Notes: generated by a model not told the origin, from the letters alone. Positions 12,892-27,149 are shown, counted from the stretch's first letter. The stretch: 64,000 nucleotides of DNA from Ginglymostoma cirratum (GCA_024137785.1 JAHRHZ010000041.1:22133784-22197783), one strand, 5' to 3'. Program-made: numbers and translations.

Positions 12892-15049
12892 TGTCTATGT
12901 TGTGTTTTAGTCATGAAATATGTGGAAAGGGAATGTCTGAGCATTAGTTTGGTGCACTGGAATTCTAAAATTGCTTGTGAATTAGTTTGACATGCCCAAT
13001 TCCTATATGCTAAGACTTAAGTGGTAAGATTTGGTGCGCATGATAGCTGTATAATTGAAAACAAACCTGAAAGGTTTTACTAGCTGGAAGCTGAGGTTTT
13101 TATGCTTTAATAATTTTATGACAGGTAGTGCTATGTTTTGGAAAATGTACATGCTGGATCTTTGACCTTCATTTAAATATGAAGAGACAGGGAGAGCTGG
13201 AGAAAGATGTCTTTTGTTCTTGACTGAGAATTCTGCTTTTGCAAGATTTTGAATATATCTGGGATCTATGTATTGAAGTTATGATCTTTTGGAGAAAGGC
13301 AATTAACATTAGCAGATTGCAATGGGTAATCTGCAGCATGTGATTGGCTACTTGTTACTTGGAAGTCTAGCTTGTCAATCAAGGTTGACCTGTGTGGTGA
13401 CTTGACAGTGTTCATTGATACAGAGAAATTCCAGTCTTTGGATTGAGAAGCTCTCTTTATTAAATAAGTATAAATGAATACAAATGGCGATGTTGTCATT
13501 GTGATCTGGTCATCAGTCCTCATTTGTTAAAACTGGCACCTTGCAGGTTTGCAGCATGCATTCTGTTTATTGAAGTGAAGTTGCAATTTGCTTGAAATCA
13601 ATTGCTATTATATTTTAACATAAACTATATACATCAGCAACAAATTAAAAATGGGATTGTCCTTTGACAGCAAGCAAGCTATCACAATAGAATTTTTATT
13701 GGGATAAAACGTTCTGTGATCTTGTACAAAGTTATCTTTCATGAGGGAAAATATTGCCACTTGTTCAATAAATGATCATTGTTTTAAGAGGACATCCTTT
13801 AGCTTCATTGGCTCGTTGGAACTGTTTAACACCATCTGAAAAAGCTGATGATGCTCTTTCTAATTAGTTAAGGGATTTTCATGTGGCATGTAGCCCAGTT
13901 TCATATGGACGTGCATTATTTATCAACAACTTCACACTTCCTGTTTGCTCTGGCCTAACTCTTCGTAATTTTTTTCGCACTTTTACAAACATGCCACACC
14001 ATTTTGTGGGTGGCAAAAAGCTCATTGTAGAAATAAGTACAAGTAAATTTGGGATTGTTCTCCATCAAGAAACTTTACATAACAGGAAGAGAATGGGAAT
14101 AGCAATTTGGAATTCTGTGATGAGATGAGGTTCCTCAGCCTGTGATGGAAAAGTACACACTTGAAAATGCTGGGCTGGATCAATAAAAATGTTCCATCAA
14201 ACTTTCTTTCCTGATGTGGAGGAAATGATCAATGTTATGCTCATTTGTGAACTATTGTATGTGTCTGCAGGAATTCCAAAGGCAGTGGATTGCTTTTGTG
14301 GCCTATTAATGGTCTGTTAGCAATGATTGATCCTCCACTACTTTGTGGAAATATTTTCTGTTAAAGTAGGATCAGTGCAGGGTGTTTGGGGGAAAAAGAA
14401 AGCAAGCTAACAACTTTCTGTGGACAGGCTCATTGAGGAAACGTCACAGGTATCAGTGAGACAGCCTTCCCAGATAGATCAGCTTGTTCAGGTACATGAA
14501 TTATTATGTTAACTTATAAAATTGAGCAAGAAAATCATTAGTGAAGTGCAGAAATAGTTCAATCATGATTCAGAAATAGACCACAGTAAGTTTTTACTGC
14601 ACACATTCATGCCAGAAATTTTGGTCAATTCCAATTCTATACAATTATTAAAAACACGAAGGATTAGAATCAAGCCAAAACAGAAAGATGACAGGTGGTG
14701 ATGTTAGCTACCATTCTTTGCTTGATGCCAGTGGGACAGAGAGAAGCCACTTCTTTAGTTGGATCTATGAGTTGCCACACCTGGTATTCTTTCAGCGATA
14801 TTTCTGGATCTAGACCAGCATCAGAGCAGCTTCCAAAGAAAGTTCAAAGGAGGGACTTCACTGCCAGTGTGAGTCATCCAACCTGTACTCTTTCTGTCTT
14901 CAGACGAAGCATCCTAGTGGAGTGTGGAATTAGCACGTTTACTCTGAGACGTTGATTTTGGACCCTAAAACTTCACTTTGATTTTCCTCTGGTTTAATGA
15001 AGCTGATCACGGCTGCTAAAATACATCGTCCGTACAAACTTATATTTCT

Positions 15050-15550
15050 TATCCATGCATAGCATTAGATCTGTTATCACGAGCGTCGGAACAAAGTTAC
15101 TGACTAAGGAGACAGTCCTTTAAAACTGAGATGCGAAGAAATTTCATCTCCCAGCGGGCAGTGAAAGTCTGGAATTTTCTACCCCAGAGAGTGATGGAAG
15201 CGTGATCACTGAAAGAATTTGAAGAAGTGGCAGACTGATTTCTCAGCTACCAGGGAATTAACAGCAACATTCCACCTACTTAATTTACCTTCTGCAAAGA
15301 CCTCGGCATCGTTTTTTGGAACCGGATGCCAGTCCATGTTGGCACACTAATGGCCGTGCATGGAATGCTGGAGCAGCAGTGTACGCGCACAGCCGTGCAG
15401 CTTAGAGGGAGTGTTCATTGACAGCTATGCTGAACCACCACATAAGGGGATTTCAGACTTGGGGCAGATCAGCCATGATCTTGCTCAGTGGCGGGGCAGA
15501 CTTCAGGGCCAAATGGCCTACTCCTGCTCCTGTTTTTTATGTTCTTATGT
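15050..15550 (+). mobile_element. CR1 3' end containing a 151-bp foreign insert
   Basis: aaaactgagatgcgaagaaatttc...cagccatgatctt...aatggcctactcctgctcc...tatgttcttatg CR1 tail. Confidence 0.8.
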
Positions 15551-16664
15551 CGCAGTTCACCTTTGCACGGTTGACACGCTTTTGTCATTGCTGGAGATTT
15601 GTTAATGAAACCAAATAAATCAAAGATAGACAAAGTACATATTTTGTTTCATCTGCCATGTTCATATTGGATTTTGTGAAGCGATGACGAGGTAACAATT
15701 TCAAAAAGAAACAATCTAATAGAACCTGAGGGGCCCATTTGGAAAATAAGTTTTCAGCACCCACAGAGTGCATGCAAATTATGAATATAAAGTAACATTT
15801 AACTGCTGTTAATGGCACGAACAGCATGCAGTGCTGGAGAATTCATTTAAAGATGTGTTGGCTGACTAATACTAAAAACTGACAACTTCAATTTAGCTGC
15901 CTAATCTTCAGAAAGCAAAGCAGAATGGTGCTTAGTACACACATAAGCTTGTACATTTTGTGTACTTCTGACTGATTCTATGTGTACATTGACACTGTGG
16001 GTTTTTGGACACTTTGCCAATTATATTTGCAGTGAGTTAGTGCTGCATTTTCATGACTTTTGCGGTTGAAAAAAATAAATTTTATGCAATGCTTTCAGTT
16101 TCAAAAGAGCATGCAACCCGTGCAGGCTGTGATAAATGTGGAGTAATATTCATGTTTAATGCTGCTTGATAATGAATCTTCATCAAAATAAGTGAGAATA
16201 AACCTAAGTGCTAACGATTGAACTATCCCCAGTTGGCAGAAAAGCCTTTTCACAGTAGGCTGAGGGAGAACTATTTGGCAAAGGTTTTATCACTGCTGTC
16301 AAGAAGAATGATTCTTCATATTGTGGAAGTATTTGTTCTTGGTATTGTGAAACCAAAAGTTTTTCATGGAGGAATCCAGGCCTGCAGCCAGCAGTGAGAT
16401 TGCTTTTTCCTTCCAGTAGGTATGAGTGATGTTGTAATGTGTGCTTGACTTGGCCCATCAACCCTGCAACAAAACATTTTTCAATAACTCTGGAAGGCCT
16501 GTATATTAGTTTTTGTGACATAACTGGCTGAAAGCACATCCTACAAGGCTTTGTGTGATTATCCGCCAATGTGTTAATTTCGAAGAAAGAAATCCAATAT
16601 TCATTGTGACAAGAAATAAAATGCAACCATTTCCTTCACAAAATGAAACAACTGTAAGTTATTT

Positions 16665-16768
16665 CACTGATATGAAAACGAAATGTTGAAAATACTCAGC
16701 AGGTCAGATAGCATCTCTGGTGCAAGAAATAGACTTATTGTTTCATGTTGATGCCCTTTCATTGGAAC
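16665..16768 (-). mobile_element. Degenerate hammerhead-bearing short repeat (Penelope-derived family)
   Basis: Minus strand: ccaatgaaagggcatcaacatgaaacaataag...agagatgctatctgacctgctgagtattttcaacatt, the same family as 51481-51589 and 32343-32472. Confidence 0.6.
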
Positions 16769-17238
16769 AACAATTTCACTTTTTTTTAAGCCTGTTTTTG
16801 TACACTCCCGTGTAGTTATGGAACAGGTGGGCTGTTGAATTTTCTTGACCACAGCTTCAGGATTGGCAGCCTGTGAAATCAATTGCTTTTCCAGAGGCAA
16901 GTATTTGCATGAGGAGCTGCCGTTAACAGGGCAGGCATGAACTGATTAAATGCAGGACAGGAAAGTTAGTGGAATGAAATCGTCACTGATTATGTGATTT
17001 GACCCACTGGAGTGGACAGTTGAAACAGCTCAATAAGTTCACATTTCACAATTTCTCTTGTCTTATGAACTGCTAGTCCTATTGCATTTGCTTTGCTCAC
17101 TTTCGTTGATGATGTCAATGATGTAACTAAGAGATAGCTGCTCAATGATATCGGTACTCCAGAACTGCTTTGGGCCTTGGTGTTCTTGAAGCAGTGCTGA
17201 AACAATAATATTGGTCACTGACAGTCAGTTGGATCCCA

Positions 17239-18425
17239 CTAGGGCCACTCAGCTCCTAAGCTCTTTACAGCGTTGGTAAAAACATGGAAAAAGAGCAAAA
17301 CTCCAATTGTAAGGAGAGAGCAACTGCCCTTGACATCAAGGTCACATTTGACTGAATGTAGCACCAAGGAGCTGAGCAAAACTGGGTTGATGGGAATCGG
17401 GGAAAAACTCTTGGTTGAAGTTATATCTAGCATAACGGAAGATGGCTGTGGATGTTGGAGGTCAACTACCTCAGTTCCAGGATATCACTGCAGTAGTTCC
17501 TCAGGTCCAACCATCTTCAACTGCTTCATCGATGACATCATAAAGTCAGAAGTGGAGAGATTTGCAAGCTAAGGGCATTTACTGATGAATTTGCAATGTC
17601 CAATACAACATGCAACTCTTCAGATATAGCAGCAGGGCGTGTTCATGTGCAGCATTTTCAGCTTTCACCTTGGGATAATAAGTGGCAAGTAAGTTCATGC
17701 CATAAGTGCAAACTATGACCATTTCCAACAAAAGGGAATCCAACTACCATTCTTTGATGTTCAAAGGGATTATCATTGCTGCATTACGCACTGTCAATAT
17801 CCTGGTGTTTACCACTGATAATAAACTGAACTGGACCGTAAATACTATTGCTATAAGAGCAGATCAAAATAGGGTAATTCTGCAGTGACTAACTCACCTC
17901 CTGACTCCCCGATGCCTCTTCAACCTTTGCAAGGCAGAAGTCAAGAGTCTGATGGAATGCTGTTCACACGCTGGGATGAATATACTCAAGTAGCATGACA
18001 TCCTCCAGGATAAGATACTCCATTTGAATGGCACCAATCCACCATCTTCAAATTTTCCCTGACACCACTGACACAGCGAGGCAGCAACGTGTACCATCTA
18101 CAAGATGTACTGCAGAAACTCAGCAAGACACATTTGATTGCACCGTCCAAACCTGTGATTTCTAACATCTGGAAGGACAGGGGCTGCAGATATATGGGAA
18201 CGCCACTGCCTTGAAACTGCCCTCCAAGCCACTCACAATCCTGACTTAAAACTGGGTCAAAATCCTGGAACTCACTTCCTAACAACACCGTGGCTGCATC
18301 TACACCAGATGAGCTGCAGTGTTTCAAAAGGGCTGCTCATGATCACCTTCCCAAGAGCAATTAGGGATGGGCACTAAATGGTGGCTGCATCAACAATGCC
18401 CACTTCCAGTGAAATAATTGAAAGA
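17239..18425 (+). mobile_element. RT/3' fragment of the CR1-group LINE family seen at 49686-52884
   Basis: gggccactcagctcct...gcccttgacatcaagg...caaccatcttcaactgcttcatc (RT motifs, frameshifted), plus the shared 3' tail caccttcccaagagcaattagggatggg. Confidence 0.8.
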
Positions 18426-21089
18426 AAATCTGCTTTGTTTGTGCAGGGGTGATGAACTCTATTCTTTAAACAACCATTCCTGTGTGGTAATGGATATGAA
18501 TTGGTAGTTATTATTAGGGTGTACTGCTCTTGAAGGCGTAGACCGATGGTACTTGTTGGTGACACTCATTGTCTTGTTCACTTTGACACCAACTGCTGAG
18601 TTCCATCAGCAGCAAAAGACCAGAAGAATGAAACATTTGTGTCTGTGATTGCACCGGCACTTCCAGCAGTGAAGCAGTGCATCAGACCAGCACACAGTCT
18701 ATATTAATCTGTTGAGCACAGCAGCAATATTTCTTTACAAAATTCAGGAAGTTAACAAGTTAGATTTTAAAATTTCATTTCGAGATTTAACTAAACCACG
18801 CCTTTGCGGGTTCTGCACACTGCTGCAATTCAATTTGATGATACTCATCTGGAAACATGCAAGACGTTTTTTAAAAAAAATTATATGGAAAACAAGAACT
18901 TTAAAGTAGTTAAAAAGAAGCACCCCATAGTTTGAAGGATTCTATTTACATATATGGTGGTGTTTGTCTAATTAGTAATTTTGAGACTGTTCAATTGGCA
19001 AATGGTATCTGTGAATTTAACCTGTTTAACATGTCACTTTATTTATCATTTAGGTTGTAATTTGCTTGGCTTTGTTTTTACTTGCAGAAAGTTGACTAAT
19101 CTGACTTAATTTCACATCCTTATTAGCGGTGAGCATTGTGAGCAGCCTTTTTTCAATATAAGCTGTGGTCTTAAATAAATGAGTATGAGCCATTCCTCTC
19201 TCCATCTCCATCAACCTGCAGTACATTTAACATTTGTACCCCTAGGACATGTGCCTCCTGCAGAGAGTTGGGACGATCACACTCAGTGTATCAGGATTCC
19301 GTCATTCACATTCTTACCTCTCTAGTAGGTTAATGTTAGGATGGCTCAGGGACTGTTCGTCCTCACTGCCATGCTACACAGTAAGCCCTCACCTCATGGT
19401 CAGCTGCTATAAGATTTTGGCATGGAGAAAAATCAAGATGGGCCAAATATGTAATTCATTATTATTTGCGTGTGGAAGTAAATTGAAGGAATAATATTGT
19501 TGCTGCATTGATTTACATCTTAATGGACTTTCCAGTAAAAATCCAATGCATACACATTCACAAACTGAGCTTTGAAACAAAATTACATTCTAATTTACAG
19601 TCTTTTAATATAATTCAATTTCCATTGATTCTACACTCTCAACGTAGCCTCCTCCTATTTAATATTCTTAAGTGGCTTTTTGCCCTTTTCCCTGATGTCT
19701 GACAGTGTGATCCTCCTATCCCTGATCCAGTGACCAAAGGAATGAAACTTGCTCAGCTGAAAGCTGCTAGTTGCCTATCAGTGAATGTGTATTGGAAAAA
19801 TCCCTGTGACCTTAATGGAAATAGTGCCTTTCTTGCAATAATTAGTGTTGTGAACTGAAGAAATCCCAAGATGACAGATTTGATTTTGCTGCAAAGTGCA
19901 TAGCAAGGATGCAGTTATCCACCACATAAGCTTTATCTTTGCTCAGAAACTGTGCCCAAGCAGAGTAAAAAAAATTCCAGAGACAACACAAAGCAAGTTG
20001 ATTTGTTTATTCGTAGTCAACACAACTTTAGCAACCACTGTGGCAGATGGTCATTGGTTGCTCGGCAGTCAAGTCTCCAGGAATTTCTGTTCACAGAATG
20101 TTGCTTCTTTCCCCGTGGTGAAAGAGTTACAGGACTGTATAGCATAAATACAGAGTAAAAAGCTGGGAAGAATTGTGGGAATACATTAGCACAATAAACA
20201 GCAGCATTATTACTGCTATCTGTCATTTGATGTATGTACAATTTGACTCTGCCACAGTGGATAATATTTTTGATTAGCATTGTTGAGTCTTAGTGCCTAA
20301 TGTTATAACAATACTTAAAAAAACAGGAGAAGTAAATAAGGGAAGTACATCATTGATACTTTACTAAAATGGATTCCAGTGTATACATGTAGCCATTCTG
20401 TTGGATGCTCCAAAACCTTTAACTGAAATTACTCTAATATTAGCTTTGGAATGACATGCAAGCACAGGTGCTGAAACTGCAACTTTGTCTTGTCAAGGAA
20501 AAATTTTTTTCTTTGATGTGTCACACCTGCACATTGTGCATTGATATTGTTACTGGGTATCACAAGAGAAAACACTCAATGTCTTTTTATGTTGATTTGC
20601 TAGAATTAGAATCTCACCAGGAAGGTGGTAACTCGCAAGTGTTAGAGTTGTGAATAAAATGCAAGTCTGATGTAAAAAATTACATCCTGATGTTCTTAAT
20701 AATACATTTTATATCTCAAATTGGTTTAAAAATTATTAGAAAAGGTGGATGGATTGAGTCCAGGGAATAACAGTGTTTCAACTTTAAATACAGTACCGTA
20801 ATTCAGTTGTAACTTTCCAAACAGAATTGAAAAGTAGCCAGGTGCAGGGTGACTGAAAATAATTGGACAGCTCTTCCAAAGGGTCACTGTTTGCACAATG
20901 GGCTGAATGGCCTTCAGCTCTGTGATTTGTTGGTTTCTTTGCTGAATAGAATGTGAAAATCAAGGTGTTGTTGTTATATACGGTATTCTGACTGCTATCT
21001 GGTACACAAGTATCCAAAATTCTCATGCAGATGCCAAAAATCTTATACAAGTTTACCATTTTTATTATTTTCTTCAGAAATGTCTGAAC

Positions 21090-22020
21090 TGGATGTCCCA
21101 ATTTCTGATGTGCTATTGTTCAACTGCCTCATGGTAGTTCTCTCAGCTTCTACCAGCAACACCACCAATCCTTATTCTCCTTCATGCAGATGCCAATTAG
21201 ATGGTGGCTAGTTGAATTTGTGATTGCATTATATCCAAAATCTTTCACCCATCAAACCGCAATGACACCTAAGAAGACTCCCATTCCCTAGACTGTAGTG
21301 ATATGGACATTCTGATTGGCCCACATGGATGACTGAGCATGCTGAAGCTACTGGATTGTGAGTAACTGCTGCCCTTGTCTGATTGTACTGGGACCCTAGC
21401 CTGACGACAGTGCCCCTTGACTCGACTGTGAACCACTTCCCATAGACATTTGAGTTTTGCACTTGCCGTGCATTTGCCTCGCAGGTTGCCAGCATGTGCT
21501 GTGGTGTGAGATTGACACAGCACAGTGCCAAACATCTGCTGCTGACTGATGACAACCATGATAAGCTTCCATGCTTTGTGTATGCACTAAACATCACAGC
21601 AAAACAGATCTACTGTGAGCTTTTAAGGTGCAGCTGAGGGGCCAAATTGCCAAAAGGCCAGGCAGAGATGCTGTGAGCATTAAAGTTAGTACAACATGTG
21701 TGAGTACTAATAGAATGGGTAAGCAACCTCGAGGTACAGCCTAGTTCCATGAAACGATGCTGTGTGCAAGTGTCCTTTCAGCAGCACTATAATGAGGGAC
21801 ATGTTCAACATGTAGCGTTGAAGTGCAGAGTCATACTTTCAGTGGATCGGAGATGTGACATAATGATGCGGTGAATCTGATATGTGCAGAGTGTCATGGT
21901 CCATCAATGAGAGGTATGTGGTGGTTGCTTCTCACAGAGTGTGCCCCAATATATTGTGCTGGGTGTGCAAGATGGAGGTCCCGAGGAGCAAGTGGCAAGC
22001 TGGAATTGCGTGGTAGCTGC
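21090..22020 (+). mobile_element. Harbinger-like DNA transposon internal remnant
   Basis: Colinear similarity to 57790-58320, e.g. gacaaccatgataagcttccatgctttgtgtatgcactaaa vs gacaatcatgacaagcttcttggttttgtgtctgctctaaa. Confidence 0.5.
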
Positions 22021-22052
22021 TCTGACTTTCATGTTGAGAACTTTCATGTTTA

Positions 22053-22365
22053 GGGCGGCACGGTAGCAGCGCTGCCTCACAGCACCAGGGACCCAGGTTC
22101 GATTCCACCCTCGCATGACTGCCCGTGTGGAATTTGCAGATTCTCCCCATGTCTGCATGGGTTTCCTCCGGGTGCTCTGGTTTCCTCTCACAGTCCAAAG
22201 ATGTGCAGGTTAGGTGGATTGGCCATGCTAAATTGCCTCCTAGTGTTCAGTGATGTGTAGATTAGATGGGTTATGGGGGAATGGGTCTGGATGGGATGAT
22301 TTGAGGTCGGTGTGGACTTGTTGGGCTGAAGGGCCTGTTTCCACAGTGTAGGTATACTATGATCT
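22053..22365 (+). mobile_element. HE1 SINE (V-SINE), near full length
   Basis: tRNA head GGGCGGCACGGT...GGTTCGATTCC, V domain (gggtttcctccgggtgctctggtttcctc..acagtccaaagatgtgcaggttagg) and CR1-type tail gggctgaagggcctgtttcc. Confidence 0.9.
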
Positions 22366-23979
22366 AACTCTTGGGCAGTAGAAGGCAAGAAGTAGAATGG
22401 GAAATTACATATTAATGAAGTGAGATTATGTAATAATGAGAGTGTTAGTGTGTGATAATTTATGCAATGAAAGCCCTCTCACTTGTGAGAATCTTGGCTC
22501 AACATCCATCATTTGGTTGGAGAATTGCTGTCAACACAGAGAAAGTCCTTGCTGTACACCTCGCCCAGTCTTACCAGATCTTTCGCCATGGTCCACATTG
22601 TTCCAGGGCTGGGAAGACTCTGTTCACTGAGTTCAAACAAAAGTTCTAAAAATTAGAATGCAATATTTAATTTGTGCTAGGCATTTTAAATACTATCTAT
22701 TTTAAAAAAATGCAATTTCTCAGATCGTAGATACTGCATGGGAAGCAAATGGAAAATCCATGCAGTGGGACAGAAATGGAATCAAAGGCACTGCCTTTTC
22801 CAGTAACTGAGCTTGGAGTGCTGGAGAGTGGAGTTCAACTCTTCGAGAAAGGAAAATGGAGAAATTCCAACACATAACTCCTCACCTTGAAATCTCCATA
22901 AAAAAAGCACAAAAAATAGGTTGATATCTACTTTGCCCTTAGCCTTTGAATACATTGGAATTTAAGAATTGGGACAATCCAAGTGAATATGCACTTCTCA
23001 CCATCACATGGAGCCATTGCAAACATTGCAGCATGTTTCAAAGCGACAAAAAAGGATCTTTTTCTCTAAAAATAATCTAATTTCTTTTTCAATCTTATGA
23101 GTGGCACACACCAGGTAGTCTTATCAATGCCTAGAGCATTGGGAATTACAGGCTACTTCTCCACCTGTGACCATTTTGGTTGGTTCCAGTTGAAATTTGA
23201 AATATATTGCATCAATTGAAACCAGAATCTCACATCTCACGAACCCAGCAAACTGCTCCCACTCCTGTCTGTATAAGCAACTTGCACTCAATAACAAAGG
23301 AAACCTTGTGTGATCTTCATTGAGACTAAGACAGAACCTGTAATATATGTATATGACAAAACAGAAATGTTTGTTAATCATGTAGTTTAAAGTTGACTTA
23401 TTGATTTCTTCTTTCAGTCAAAAAAGCTATCCTGTACTGTTGTGCATGTCTTAACGTTAATTTGCATCATACCATAGTTACTGACATTCAGTTTGTCACT
23501 GTCAAGGACAAGGTCTTGCATGTTATTATGTGTAATGTAAGAAATGCCTGATTGCTTCAGTGAATAAAGTGATTTTCAAACATCTCCATTTCTTGCTGCA
23601 GCTGCTGCTGTCAGCTATCACGTGTTGGGCACGACTATATTGGAAGTCATGCTGCTAGCTGAGTATGAAATGTGCATCCATTTTATCAAAAAAGGTGCGG
23701 AAAAAAGGCAAGATGCCAGAAAAGATTAAAAGTTCTTTATCTTAAGAGTTGAACACTAATTATTGGCTATGTGTCTGTGCATAAATCATATCCAGCTATG
23801 AAGCGACTACTGATATTAAGCTATCAGTGTTAAGGTTATTTACTTATTGAAATCTCAGTCAGATTACACAGATAGAAGTTTCTTAATTTTTGTAAGGATC
23901 ATAAGGACTTCCTGGACTGTAGGAAAAACAGGTTCCTGAGATATTTCATATACATGAGAAATTCTGTATTCATCTATTA

Positions 23980-24543
23980 TCTTATGTAAGGTTGTATAGG
24001 ACATTAGTGAGATTGCATCTGGAGTACTATGTCCAGTTCTGGTCTCGGTGTTATAGGAAGGCTGTTAGTAAGCTGGAGAAGGTTCAGAAGAGATTTACGG
24101 TCTGATTTATAAGGGGAGGGTGGACAGGCTGGAACTTTCTTCACTGGAGCGTAGGAGATTGAGAGATGACCTTATTGAGGTTTAGAAAATAATGAGATAT
24201 GTAGTTAAGGTGAATGGCAGGTATCTTTTCCCGAGGATGGGGGATTTCAAGACTTGGGGGACATATTTTAAGGTAAGAGGAGAAAAATTTAAAAAGGGCA
24301 TGGGGGCAATTTTTCTTTCACAGAAAATGGTTTGTGTGTGGAATGAACTTCCAGAGGAAGTGGCGGATGCAAGTACAGTGACAATGTTTAAAAGACATTT
24401 GGATAAGTACATGAATAAGAAATGTTTGGAGGGATAATAGCCAAATGCAAGCAGCTGGGACTAGTTTAGTTTAAGACTATGATCAGCATGGACAGGTTGG
24501 ACGGAAGAGTCTGTTTCTGTGCTGTATGATTCTATGACTCTAT
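23980..24543 (+). mobile_element. CR1 LINE 3' fragment
   Basis: ORF2 C-terminal motifs (HLEY.VQFWS, WNELPEEV..., FKRHLDKYM) and a tail ending tatgattctatgactcta. Confidence 0.9.
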
Positions 24544-25379
24544 CTGTCACAGGACAACATGGGCTGTTCTGAATTGCAGGGTCAATGGAAGGATATCAAG
24601 GTGTTGGAGAAGGGGGCAAGTGAGATTTACTAGAACTGTACCTATGGATTAAGGATTGCAGTTCTGTGGGGAGTAGCTGGAATTGTTAGTCCTATCTCAG
24701 AGAAGTCAAAGGGGAGAAGGAAAAGAGATATTCCTCCAAATGCTCTGATGCGGTAAATGAAGAGAAACCTACCCAGCAGCTGGAGAACAAGTAACCATTA
24801 GACTCAGAAGTAAAGTAAGTGAAATGGAAGGGACACAAGAAATGTTTTTATGCAGAAAGTTGCTCCAATATGTAAAAACACTGTTGGAACTGTTGTGGGA
24901 CAAGATTCAATCATAATTTTTAAAAAGGAACTGGATAAATAGTTTTACCATGCTGTGGGGAAAGAACAGGTGAGTGGGGCTAATTGAATGGTGCTTTCAA
25001 AGAACAGGCAGAGGGATGACAGCACTTTATAGTCCAGAAACAAGTTTTTTTTACTAATGGTTGAGAAAATAAAATGGATCTTCGGGCCCAATTTTCTTCT
25101 CAAAGCTCTGTATCTTCTCTCTTTGTTTCAAATATTTACTCTTTCTCCACATGTTAGTTACAGTGGTCACAGCTTTATTTATGTTTTATGACGAAGCATT
25201 CTAGGCTCCACACTGTTTTGAAGTTGGTAAAATAATTGTATAAGTTTTTTCCATAGATTTCCATGAATATTAAAGCAAGTGTGACCTGTAATTGGCTAAA
25301 AAGCCAATGTCGTCCTCAAAGAAAGAAAGGACAGACAGCAATTGAAATTATGATTCTTCAACACAAGAATTTGTCAAGC

Positions 25380-25640
25380 ATCATGTCTGCATGAGTTTCC
25401 TCTGGGTGCACCTGTTTGTTCCCACAGTCCAAAAATGTGCAGGTTAGATGGATTGACCATGCCAAAAATTGCCCTGCAGTGTCCAGAGGTGTGCAAGTTT
25501 GGTAGGTTAGCAATGGTTAAAAACCCCAGGGTTACGAGGATGGGGTGGGGGGTGGAGTGCGTTTGAGTGGGATGTTGATTGGAGGGTTGGTGCAAATTCG
25601 ATGGGCTGAATGGTCTCTGGACTGTAGCAATTCTGTGATT
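25380..25640 (+). mobile_element. 5'-truncated HE1 SINE
   Basis: V domain cccacagtccaaaaatgtgcaggttagatggattg and tail gatgggctgaatgg. Confidence 0.8.
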
Positions 25641-25928
25641 TGTCACATGTCCCTATTGAACATAGAATTGGAATTTACAACAGACAGATAGACCATTTGC
25701 CATAGTTTGTGCTCCATGCCATTCCTCTTGCTATCCGGCTTAATTTAATCATGTCACCATAGCTTGCTGTTCCTTTTCTCTCACATGCTTAGCTGGCTTA
25801 CCTTTAAATGTGTCAATGCTGTTCAGCATAATTATTCAAAGTGGTCACGAGCTCCACATTCTCACCAGCCCCTTACTGAGGAAGCTTCCAAGTATTGCGG
25901 AATAAAGATGCATATTTTTCAGTTTTTC

Positions 25929-26650
25929 ATGTTGCATTCAACAGACCTGTTTGCAAGAAAAGCAAAGGAGAGAAAACAACACCTTTCTGCATGAGAGGAG
26001 AGTGCTGATTGGTTGACAAGAGGGCTGTTATTGATTGACACTATACCATGCAGAATGCCTCATTTGATGATCACTGATAATTAAATGCCAGCCAATACTT
26101 TGAACACTCACAATGTGGAGTCCAACATTAGGTGCAATTCTATGATTGCACAGCACTTGCTGAATAATTCGAACTGTGTGAGGAATTATTCTGATGAACA
26201 GTTCTGGGCTGTTAGTCAGGCCCGCCTGTATGCCGACTTGTGTGTACTGGGAACTACATATATTTATGCACATGGCCCTGCTTTTTGCTAACAGAAAAAA
26301 TCACATACACACAAACTGACCCTGTTTCAACTCAACAAAACTGGTGACAGTCATAATCTTAATTAATTTCTCAGGGCATCGCATTGACTGGTCAAAGTAA
26401 TTCATGCCTGATTTAAAATTTAAATACTTTTTGGTAGTTGACTATCAATCATCATTAACTGGCACATTCTTCAGCGCCTATATCAGAGTCCAATTGCCAA
26501 CCAATCAGCACTCTCCTGTCATGCAGTAAAAATGTTGCTTTCTCTTTCCTTTGGTATTTCTTGTGAACTGTCCCCATGAGTGCAAGATAAAAAGCTGTGA
26601 CAAAATGGGTCTTTTTTCAGTAATATTCAGGTTCTGCACTTTCAAATGAC
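25929..26650 (+). mobile_element. Penelope-like element remnant with inverted pseudo-LTR
   Basis: 26085-26291 encodes a GIY-YIG C-terminal-like segment (IAQHLLNNSNCVRNYSDEQF...LGTTYIYAHGPAFC). ~25950-26020 is an inverted copy of ~26494-26567. Decayed hammerhead-like motif at ~26572-26601. Confidence 0.75.
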
Positions 26651-27149
26651 CAAGAGAAGTTTCTCCTGAATTTGTTATTGGATTATATATGGCGTTGCTT
26701 ACATGTTGCCCTATGTTTTGGTCTTACCCACAGCTGAAATATCTATGTCCACCCTAACAAATCCTTTCATAATTTTGAACTGAAATATACTTGTAAGAAA
26801 GTAAAGTCAGTCTGTATGGCCATGTGGAATATTATTTTTAGGTGATGAATAATTTGATCTCAGTAGTTCATTTTGAGAATATTTTTGATTGAATAACAGC
26901 CGCTAATGGCAGAATGACTGAGCCCTTAGATTGAGGGCACTCCATCAGCGTGTAAACTGATGAAGTTGTACAATTATTGAAGCATTTTGAGTTTGGTGAT
27001 TGTCTCTGCTAAATTTAATCGAACTTCTTCACAGTTATTTTCAGTAACAACCAGGTCAAGTGAAAATGCTGACATCAGTGCATGTTCAAATAAAATGTTC
27101 CATGTGAAAAACTGACAGGATTTTAATTTGACTTCAACAGACTTCCTTT

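Noticed and set aside
15753-15772. RE1-like TTCAGCACCCACAGAGTGC (and a weak match at ~8302)
   Set aside because: Only a half-site; the spacing and GG core are wrong.
16204-16626. 140-aa minus-strand ORF
   Set aside because: Non-ATG start, no recognisable motif or splice context; likely chance.
22078-22095. RE1-like CAGCACCAGGGACCC (also at ~54392)
   Set aside because: It is part of the HE1 SINE tRNA head, and the right half does not match GGACAG.
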